Assembly: GCF_001194135.2 (NCBI RefSeq) | Contig: NC_068984.1 | Span: 121,040,976-121,081,027, forward strand | Direction: 5' to 3' | Source of the DNA: Octopus bimaculoides | Taxonomy: Eukaryota | DNA length: 40,052 nt | Shown: in pieces, positions 11,372 to 21,418 of the stretch | Numbering within the stretch: position 1 is the first letter of the stretch | Layout: every line of letters begins with the position of its first letter | Position numbers and translations under genes: made by a program | Notes under the pieces: model-generated | Database searches by the model: none | Told to the model about the DNA's origin: nothing | Seen by the model: the letters and a program-made list of their open reading frames with translations, nothing else

Positions 11372-11604
11372 ACAGCTGTTTCAATTACATGTGCCCTGAG
11401 CATAATATCTTCAGCGGGAAAAAATATACTCTTTGATGTTTTATATATGTGTTAATGAATTCATTATACCAGACTGCTATAATGAATCCATAAACACATA
11501 TATAAAACATCCGAGGGTATATTTTTTCTCTCTGAAGATATTATGCTCAGGGCACATGTATTTAATATTTTGTTAATTCGCCGAGTATTAATTGAAACAG
11601 CTGT
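11372..11604. repeat. Foldback palindrome: 83-bp arms with a 9-nt loop, plus 16-bp outer inverted ends
   Basis: 11386-11468 pairs with 11478-11560 with 7 mismatches (counted by eye). acagctgtttcaatta (11372-11387) pairs with taattgaaacagctgt (11589-11604). Confidence 0.92.
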
Positions 11605-11775
11605 GTTGGTGTGTTTACGTCCCCGTAACTTAGCGGTTCGGCAATAAAGTCAAATAGAGTAAGTACTCGAATCGAAATATTCGCGTAAAAAGAAAAAGTT
11701 TTTTCTTGGCGGTGCCCCAGCATGGCCGTAGTGGCCGTAGTCTAATGACTAAAACAAATAGAAGAAAACATAAAA
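11604..11775 (+). mobile_element. SINE family B tail
   Basis: tgttggtgtgtttacgtccccgtaacttagcggttcggc...ggcggtgccccagcatggccgtag. Confidence 0.8.
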
Positions 11776-12148
11776 GAATACATATATGTTANNNNNNNNN
11801 NTTATAACTATATGTTTGTAAGCATATGTTTGTGTATATATGTAGAGTCAGAAGGAAAGAAGAGAGACACAGAGAGAAAGAGAGAGGGAGCAACAGAGAC
11901 GACGAGTGGAGACGCATTACATACACAAGCACCTGTACTTCTGTGTGACAGTCAGTCAGCGATTGTGTGTAGACTGGAGGGGGGAGAGCGCACATGTGCA
12001 TGCGTGCGAGTCTGTGCATGCATGAGTGCGTATTCATTTATATATATATGCACACATTTATGTCTTTTTATACGTGCAAAACTAATAGACATACATACAT
12101 ACGCATATATCTATGTATTTGTATATATCTTTTTCTCCCTCTCTTAAT

Positions 12149-12208
12149 CCCCCGCTTCCCTTCACCCCCGCTGTCTCCATCACCCCCGCTGTCTCCAGCA
12201 CCCCCGCT
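12149..12208. repeat. 18-bp C-rich tandem repeat (cacccccgctgtctcca, about 2.5 units)
   Basis: Read directly from the sequence. Confidence 0.85.
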
Positions 12209-12741
12209 TCTCTTTCTTTATCAGTACGACGGTCAAACTGGTACAAACCCTTTATTTATGATAACTGCTTAAAATAGCTTTGTCCGAATTAAGTAACTGA
12301 CTCCTTATCGGAGATTCCCGCTTTGGTAAGAAGGATCAGCATTTCCTTTATTTATTTATTTATTTATTTATTCCTTTATTCCTTTATTCGTTTATTCGTT
12401 TATTCATGTATTCATTCATTAGTCAAAAGTTAGAACTACACTCTGAAACATAGGCAAGAAAGAACACGTCGTCTTCGCTTGGAAAATTGTAACGATACAT
12501 CAATCCATCACCAAGAGACCTGCGAATAAATATGATAATGACAGTGTAAATAGTGTGGATTATATATTACCGCTTAAGATCTGTTGAAAGTTTGCTGTAT
12601 ATGAATATAAATACGTAAAATTTGTTCATTTGTTTTCTACTTTCACTTAAGATAATTTATGTAAAACAAATTTGACGTTTTATAAAATTAAAATATCTAT
12701 TCATATCTAGTTTCTGTAATTACTCTCTTTCCCTTCCCTTT

Positions 12742-12905
12742 TCTTCTTCTTCTTCTTCTTCTTCTTCTTCTTCTTCTTCTTCTTCTTCTTCTTCTTCTTT
12801 ACACTACTATTGTGTTATCATCATCATCATCGTCGTCATCGTCCTTATTATTATTGCTGTTGTTGTTGGTGGTGGTGGTGTTGCTGCTGTTGTTATTATT
12901 ATTAT
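12742..12905. repeat. Compound trinucleotide microsatellite (TCT, TCA/TCG, TTA, TTG, GTG)
   Basis: Read directly from the sequence. Confidence 0.9.
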
Positions 12906-14035
12906 TTTCCTGTAGGAGTGTCGATAGGCTGCGCGTACAATATTCAATATTTTCTCTCTTTCTTTCTTTCGTTCTTTTTTTCTTTTTTTTTCAGTCTTTC
13001 ACACAAATCGGAACCGGAACACAAAAGAATGATGTATTGAAGAAAAAGGAAGAAGGTCTTCTAGTAGAAATAATTCTATGTTGTTGTAAAGATTGTCACG
13101 ACTACTCGGAATATTCCGGNNNNNNNNNNNNNNNNNNNNNNNNNNNNNNNNNNNNNNNNNNNNNNNNNNNNNNNNNNNNNNNNNNNNNNNNNNNNNNNNN
13201 NNNNNNNNNNNNNNNNNNNNNNNNNNNNNNNNNNNNNNNNNNNNNNNNNNNNNNNNNNNNNNNNNNTATATATATATACATACATACTTACATACATATA
13301 TAATATATACTACGGCTATGGTGGTATCAAGAAACGAGGGAGAATAAAATAGCTGCATGATATTAATCAGACTACTGCTTTGGGAATAGTGCAACTGGTT
13401 TCTAAATCATACATTCTTACTATCGACTGACAAAGAATTATCTCTTTGAATACAAAAACAAAAACAAAAAAAAACAAAAAAAAAACATAGAAGAAAAGGG
13501 AAACAAATTTATACACAAAAATTGCCAGGGTGGAATTCTGTTATTTATGCCTTTTCGTTTGTTTGCTCTGAACAACCAACATAGTAAAAACAAAATCCAT
13601 ACACAGGATTTCTTTACGGCGAGAGAACTAAGACTGTCGAAAAGAAACGATATCTAATTTCTGAATATAAACAAAACAACGAAAGGTAGAAATAACGGTT
13701 CGATTCGTGATGCGCATTATCTTTAAGAACACGAGCCATTCAAAGATATATCTCAAAAATGATTATTCGTGGGTTGACGATAAGTAAAAAAGCGAAACAA
13801 AAACAAAAAAATATTCGTCATCGGTAAAACTCTAAACGATGTATATATTTAAGAAAACCAATCAAAGAATACAATTAAGTAATACAAAATAAATGTTTAT
13901 TTAAATTTAGAAGAAAAAAAAACGTATAAAACCATTAAAGGAATTTCTTAGTTTTCGAAATAAGACGCATATTAAAAGAATACGTACATCCATTTATTTC
14001 TATGTCATAAAAAGAAATATAGTATATATATATAG

Positions 14036-14071
<36 letters not shown>

Positions 14072-14198
14072 CACACACAAACATACACACACATACACAC
14101 ACATATACACACACATATATATATACATTAAAATACAGTTTCTTCGTGACGCAAAGAAACTGGATCAAGGCAGCTGTTGCCAAAAAGAGGACAGTCTT

Positions 14199-14213
14199 AT
14201 GAAAAAGAGGTGA
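14199..14213 (+). promoter_or_regulatory. Candidate upstream micro-ORF (MKKR*) ending 8 nt before the PP1-like start codon
   Basis: ATG AAA AAG AGG TGA, out of frame with the main ORF. Relevant only if the transcript starts upstream of 14199. Confidence 0.4.
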
Positions 14214-14221
14214 CGAAGAAA

Positions 14222-14314
14222 ATGACAACATTAACGCAAAGCAAGAAATGTCAACTCGACGTGGATTCTTTAATAGAACAACTTCTGGCTGCCAAAAATC
14301 TTCCGTCTAAGCAG
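14222..14314 (+). CDS. PPP1C-like: PP1 catalytic subunit-like paralog, coding exon 1 (MTTLTQSKKCQLDVDSLIEQLLAAKNLPSKQ)
   Basis: ATG at 14222 in aaaATGA context. LDVDSLIEQLL...PSKQ aligns with PP1 LNLDSIIGRLL...PGKN. Ends CAG|GTGACG in phase 0, matching the phase-0 start of exon 2 (KQ|VQL versus PP1 KN|VQL). Confidence 0.82.
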
Positions 14315-15603
14315 GTGACGTTTACCGATTCCATTTGTTTATCTTCTCGTTTTGGATCTTTGTTTTAGCTACGTGGAGATGTATGTGTTTTCTTCTGTTT
14401 TTCGCTTTTTTTTTTTTTTTGGCGGGGGGCATATATATATTGATTCAATGTTTCGCTTCAGATATAAAGCTAATCAATAGAATATCCTTCAATCAATTAA
14501 TCCATCCATCCATCCATGCACACGAAAACCCAGACATATATTTAATACTTATAGACATAACGCAAAAAGGAAAAAAAATACCAGTAAGTATGATGTCACT
14601 CGACAGCTGTCTTCAAGACATTCTATCATATAATCATGATTTCTGTAGAACGAATATATTTTATGACATGACATATGTATACATATCCATATNNNNNNNN
14701 NNNNNNNNNNNNNNNNNNNNNNNNNNNNNNNNNNNNNNNNNNNNNNNNNNNNNNNNNNNNNNNNNNNNNNNNNNNNNNNNNNNNNNNNNNNNNNNNNNNN
14801 NNNNNNNNNNNNNNNNNNNNNNNNNNNNNNNNNNNNNNNNNNNNNNNNNNNNNNNNNNNNNNNNNNNNNNNNNNNNNNNNNNNNNNNNNNNNNNNNNNNN
14901 NNNNNNNNNNNNNNNNNNNNNNNNNNNNNNNNNNNNNNNNNNNNNNNNNNNNNNNNNNNNNNNNNNNNNNNNNNNNNNNNNNNNNNNNNNNNNNNNNNNN
15001 NNNNNNNNNNNNNNNNNNNNNNNNNNNNNNNNNNNNNNNNNNNNNNNNNNNNNNNNNNNNNNNNNNNNNNNNNNNNNNNNNNNNNNNNNNNNNNNNNNNN
15101 NNNNNNNNNNNNNNNNNNNNNNNNNNNNNNNNNNNNNNNNNNNNNNNNNNNNNNNNNNNNNNNNNNNNNNNNNNNNNNNNNNNNNNNNNNNNNNNNNNNN
15201 NNNNNNNNNNNNNNNNNNNNNNNNNNNNNNNNNNNNNNNNNNNNNNNNNNNNNNNNNNNNNNNNNNNNNNNNNNNNNNNNNNNNNNNNNNNNNNNNNNNN
15301 NNNNNNNNNNNNNNNNNNNNNNNNNNNNNNNNNNNNNNNNNNNNNNNNNNNNNNNNNCATACATACATACATACATACATACATACATACATACATACAT
15401 ACATACATACATACATACACATATGCATGTGTACGTACGTATATACGTATATGAAAATGCATTCATATAGTGTAGCGTTAGTGTAGTGTAAGATTGAGAG
15501 AAAGAGAGATAAATACAAAAATGAATAGAAACAAGTCACTCGGTTTGACAAACGGAGTAACAAATGGATAGACTGTGGTAACAAATGGGCAGACTGTGCC
15601 AGG

Positions 15604-15679
<76 letters not shown>

Positions 15680-15819
15680 AACCAAAATGGATGTTCATAT
15701 GCGCCTATGCTCATGTGTGTGGGCGTGTGGTGTGCGTTGTGCGTTGTATGTATGTGCGTAGGTATCAGTACAAGGAAAGAGAGATAGAATAAGACGGATA
15801 GATAGACAGAGAGAGGCAA

Positions 15820-16103
15820 AAATATTGGTTTCAAACTTTGTCACAAGGCCGGCAATTGCGGGGTAGGGAGCAAGTTGATTTCATCGAACCCAGTGCTCAA
15901 AAGTACACCAATTTCGTGGCGGGGGCGGGAAGCCGATTATATCGACCCAAGTATTCAGCTAGTAGCTTATTTTATCGTCTGCGGAAGGATGAAAGGCAAA
16001 GTCGAGCCTGGCGGCATTTGAATCTAGGACTTAGACATAGACAAAATGCCTGCCGCTAGGCATTTTACCCGGCGTGCTAACAATTCTGCCAGTTCACCGC
16101 CTT
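15820..16103 (-). mobile_element. SINE family A copy with an internal partial duplication
   Basis: Head ...tgctaacaattctgccagttcaccgcctt. The gattatatcgaccc-type segment occurs twice. Confidence 0.8.
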
Positions 16104-16596
16104 AGAAAGGCAACATATTTCCAATAGACATACTCAACCCACATACGTATATTTGAATTTCAATAATGTGTACTTAATAAATATTTAAATGTCTATCTAT
16201 CTATCTATCTATCACTCTTTCTCTCTCTATATATATATTTATATATATATTTATATATATATTTGTGTGTGTGTGTTTGTGTGTGTGTGTGTACACACAC
16301 ACATATGCCTTGCTAAAATATCTGAGGGATCTCACATGGAGTTGGGGCAGATGGTTTCAAAAAAACAACTTGATCTCCTGCTGTCCAAGGTCCCAGATGA
16401 ACTTATATCACGGCAAGAAGCTCAAAAAAGGGCAGGTGTGTCGAAATTCCTCCTTCACTCAAAGCCACTTTCAATATATATATATATATGTGTGTGTGTG
16501 AGTGTGCGTCTGTGTGTCTCTGTGTGTGTATGAAATATATATATACATATATATATTATGCATATATGTATATATTTATACCATTTATACTATTAT

Positions 16597-16639
<43 letters not shown>

Positions 16640-16938
16640 TACAGACAGACAGACAGATAGATAAATAGATAGATGCGTAAATATATATATATAAGGTTAG
16701 TAGAGTTAGAGGTTGGAATAACTGTGTAAGGGATAAAAGTATCCGTTTTACTACCGGTATAATTGCTTGTGTCGACCCTGGACATACATATGCAAGCATA
16801 TTATTCTCATAGATTACATGTAATGATAAAGATAAACATGAGTTTGTCAGGAATCAAATTTAAAGTAAACAGAAAATGGAGAAATATTGATCAATAACAA
16901 TTGACAACAACAATTCAATACAAATAGATTCACATACA

Positions 16939-16972
<34 letters not shown>

Positions 16973-17608
16973 AACAAACATACAAACTCACACACAGAGA
17001 TATATAATGTGTATGCATAGCATGTGCGCATGCATGACTATTAATATATAAGAGGCTAGATTAAGGGTGAAGTGATTCTCTTAACTCCCCATCCTCGTCC
17101 CTCCTAAAAATAGGTAACAATTCAACCCTTCCATAGTTTAAATTACGCATTGGTCTTGAATATGAAAACAGTAAAAAATGCAAATTTCTTCAATTTTCTT
17201 TAAGAGTCCCATCATCCATCTGTATCTTTTGCGACGTAGTAAAACGGCTGGCAGGACAAATTGTCAACATTCTGCTTTCCTTCTTATGGGACACTAAGCA
17301 CGTGTTTTCCTTAATTCTTATTCCGAGCTAACGTACATATATATACATACATATATNNNNNNNNNNNNNNNNNNNNNNNNNNNNNNNNNNNNNNNNNNNN
17401 NNNNNNNATATATATATATATATACATATTTGTACACGCGCATACACACATACATATATATACTTATGTATGTATATGTGTTTGATGTACATGTATGAGT
17501 AACTTTAAGACATGATAGTTTAATTTAGTATACATACTTCATAAATACAGATAAATGCGTTACGTCGCTCACATATATAATGTGCGTACACCCATATACA
17601 TACATGTC

Positions 17609-17660
<52 letters not shown>

Positions 17661-19516
17661 GTGCATGTATGTATGCATGTATGTATGTATATACACACAT
17701 ACTTATATATAGAATGTAAATATATAACAAGGATACTTATTTACATTCTGCTCATTTAACTTGGAGCTGTTCGGACTACACCGAACTGGCAAGGTGCCTC
17801 AACTTAAGTACCTAATTCACCTGCTTCTTAATTATATTCTATGTTTGTGTATGTGTGTGTGTGTGTGCACATATTTCTATATATATATGTGTGTGTGTGT
17901 GTGCACATATTTCTATATATATATGTGTGTGTGTATACATATATAAATATGTGATATGTATGTATGTATGTATGTTTGTATGTATGTATGTATGTATGTA
18001 TGTATGCATAATGGCCCACTGGGAATGAGAGGTCCCTCTGTTATCACAACATCTCTCTAGGGGTGGGAAACTCTGAGAGAAAACCTGCGACGCTGAAAAA
18101 GGTCGATGTCCATATTTAGAGAGGGAAACTGGATTTGTGCAAATCCTTTCCGCACTATAAAAAAGAATCATTATGCACAAACATCGCTTGAAAAACCGAA
18201 TAATCTATCACGAAAATGGTTTCAGTCTTTGCATATGTGGGACTTTCGATCAGTCTGTGTCAATACTCGAACGCGAGTTTCCAGCCATCGTGTATATATG
18301 TATATGGAACATAGGAGAGCATGACAGGGAGACACTACTTCTATAAATTTAGCCCAAAAGAAGGTAATACTCGATAACGAGTCGACAAGTAACCCTTTTT
18401 CTTTCAAAGTTGTTTTGTAATGAGGTAACTAGCTTCCGTTTATATCATTTTATTAAAGATTTTTCATAATTTCTATAATTTTTCATTAATCCTTTATATA
18501 ATCTTTGGAATAATAATACTCCTGAGTCTATTAACGCATCAAGAACTTTCCGGTCCAATCATCTGAATGAAATTATCATAGAGGCATGCGTGTTTTGTTG
18601 TAGGTGGCAAGGGATCATGGGAAGGAAATTACTGATAAGTTCTTCGTCGCCGGATTCAACATTTTTCTTTTTAACGCTTAGCTCTCGGTTAATTTCATGC
18701 TTAATATCATGTTCAATTTTGTTTTGCATATTTTGCTTTTAAAATGGCTTCTCTAGTTGATGAACTGGATTTCTCTTTTTGTGTTGAAATCTGGTGAAAT
18801 TTTGTGGTATAATATCGTAGTGTTCTCAACTAATGTATTTCTATCAAGGATTGTTACATGTTCTGCATTCTGTAAAAACTCCTTGTCGTACATGCATGAC
18901 AAAGTGTTGCACTTGGTATGTCCGATGAATCATAATGCATACATACACACATACGCGCGTATAATTTAAAAGGAAAATGTATGAAGAGAGTTTCATTCAT
19001 TGGCATATATATCACTTATATCAAGGTTTATATTAACAAATCTACATATGTGTGTGTGCGTGTGCGTGTGCGTGTATATATATATATATATATATAGGGT
19101 AGAAAATATTTTAGTGGGGAAACACGCGTGATGGATATATATATAGAAAGGGAAAAGAGGGAAAAAAATGCAGATTTGTTTTACAGGATTTAAGAGTATA
19201 TTAGACCCAATGATAATAAAGATATTATACAAGTTTGTACAGAATAAGGTTTTGATCTTTCAACATAATTAAAGTAAGGACTGGTATCGCATATATAACA
19301 CGCGCACACATCTATATATGCATACACATGCAGGTTTATATAGACACAGTCTTTATTTCTCAGAGCACGAACATTGCTGTAGAACGTAAACGTTGCTTCT
19401 AGTTTTACTAGAAACAATAGTTTAGACGTATTGAAACTGAACGTCAACTGCAATATCTTTACCAATATATCATTAGCGTTTCAGGTTAGAAAATATGGCC
19501 ACAGATATTTCACAGC

Positions 19517-19547
<31 letters not shown>

Positions 19548-19833
19548 CATACATACATACATTCTTTACCAAGCACATAGCCGATCAAAGGATATTCTAA
19601 AAAATAATGCTTGTGCGTGGGGATGGAATTTCGAGATATGCGTGTTTGTGAGCATATCTTTGTATGTATTTTTACATATAAAGATATTAACATGTATACA
19701 TAAACATATACATATACATACATACATACATACATACATACATACATGCATACATGCATTCATACTTTGATATACACACACACACATACATATATACATA
19801 CACATATGCGTGTGTGTGCGAGGGTGTATCCTT

Positions 19834-20192
19834 CATTCTTTTATCTGTCTCAGTCATTTGACTGCGGCCATGCTGGAGCACCGCCTTTAGCCGAACAAAT
19901 CGACCCCAGGACTTCTTTACCAAACCGTTATGTTAAGTGGACGTAAACACTCCAACGTCGATTGTCAAGCGATGGTGTGAGAACAAACACAGACCCACAA
20001 ACACACATACACACACACGCACGCACATGCACACACGCGACAGGCTTCTTTCAGTTTCTGTCTACCAAATCTACTCAGAAGGTTTGGGTCGGCCCGATGC
20101 TATAGTAGAAGACACTTGCCCGAGATAACACGCAGTGGGATGTGAACCCGGAACCATATGGTTGGTAAGCAAGCTACTTATCACACAGCCAC
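19834..20192 (-). mobile_element. tRNA-derived SINE family B, full-length (head, internal microsatellite, tail)
   Basis: Minus strand: gtggctgtgtgataagtagcttg...gggttcacatcc...gggcaagtgtcttctactatagc, (TG)n, then tail cttgacaatcg...ggggtcgatttgttcggctaaaggcggtgctccagcatggccgcagtcaaatgactga. Confidence 0.88.
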
Positions 20193-20206
20193 TACGCAAA
20201 CATATA

Positions 20207-20237
<31 letters not shown>

Positions 20238-20479
20238 ACATCTGCATGTAGGCACGTATATATCTTTACGTACGTATCTAACTACGTACAATATAAACAT
20301 ACCTATTTTAAGTATATTCAGTGTAACAGGGAATAGATAAATGGTCACAAACCTCAAGAAAATGAAAATGAAAGTATCTGACACTTTATACTCGCCAAAT
20401 AGAATTGGCGGGAAATACTATGACAAGCTTAGCAGTAGCAGCAGCTTTCGACATTTCCAGTAAAACAGACACTTGGAGA

Positions 20480-21418
20480 GAGCGTGGAGGCTGGTGTCAT
20501 GTAGCACCAAATTCTTATTGTTGTCTTATTGGTTTGGATATGAATAAGGACTGAGTCCGCTACCCTTGCAGGTCTTCAGATTCAAGTAGTTAATGTTACT
20601 GTCGACCAGTTGCAAGAAGATACTGCATGTAAAATAGGGATAGTAGGAGTTCTTAGGACCGACTTTTTCGGGTAGAGGATAGAGTGTAGTAATTGATACG
20701 GAGTCTAGGTATGTATGTGGTATTGGTGTCGCGAGGAGATGAGACCCGTGTGCCTGGATGAAGATGACACAGGACAGATCAAATCCGAGACGCAGAAGCT
20801 ACCATAGTTGCAGTAGGGAAAGCAGAAAAGATATATATATATAGAGAGAGAGAGGGGGGAGGGGAGAGAGCGAGAGGAGAGAGAGAGAGCGAGAGGAGAG
20901 AGAGAGAGCGAGAGGAGAGAGAGAGCGAGAGGAGAGAGAGAGAGNNNNNNNNNNNNNNNNNNNNNCGAGAGGAGAGAGCGAGAGGAGAGAGAGAGAGAGA
21001 GCGAGAGGAGAGAGAGAGAGAGAGAGCGAGAGGAGAGATAGAGAGAGATCGAGAGGAGAGAGAGAGAGCGAGAGGAGAGAGCGAGAGACGGAGCAGCTGA
21101 GGAAGTGGCTATGTTTGCAAGTAGTCAAGGATATCTGTAACTAGAGCAGCAACAACGTCACTGATGTGGGACCATACACCACTGAGGGTTTCATTTGAGC
21201 ATCGTATAGTGTTAATAGCTATTGGGGCCTGGTATATATACAAGAATCTAGGAGTAAGAGCAGTCATCATGATAGACTTTTCTATTTTCTGGACGTACGT
21301 ACGCCAGAAGACGTCCTTAGTGATGGTGAGGTCTATGAGTTTTGGCGACCTTGAAGTTTCGATTTTCGGGGGGTCTTCATCTTTAGCTCCGTGATAGTAT
21401 AATCGTTCATTTTAAGGA
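20480..21418 (-). mobile_element. CR1-type LINE 3' remnant interrupted by a GA-rich repeat expansion
   Basis: Minus-strand peptides LTITKDVFWRTYVQKIEK, LLTLYDAQMKPSVVY, TDILDYLQ and SRHTGLISSRHQYH resemble the CR1 post-RT C-terminus. Stops and frameshifts present. Confidence 0.62.
20830..21090. repeat. GA-rich minisatellite (gagcgagagga(ga)n units)
   Basis: Read directly; contains a short N-gap. Confidence 0.88.

Noticed and set aside
12812-13303. Signal-peptide-like ORF (SSSS-LLLL-VVVV-LLLL)
   Set aside because: Produced by a compound trinucleotide microsatellite, starts at TTG, and runs into a gap.
14177-14221. TTG-initiated N-terminal extension of the PP1-like ORF
   Set aside because: No similarity to PP1, and the ATG at 14222 has good context and gives the expected length.
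14315-14356. Intron read-through VTFTDSICLSSR resembling PP1 VQLTE...LCLKSR, as a possible duplicated-exon relic
   Set aside because: No nucleotide similarity to exon 2, and the alignment needs a gap; consistent with chance.
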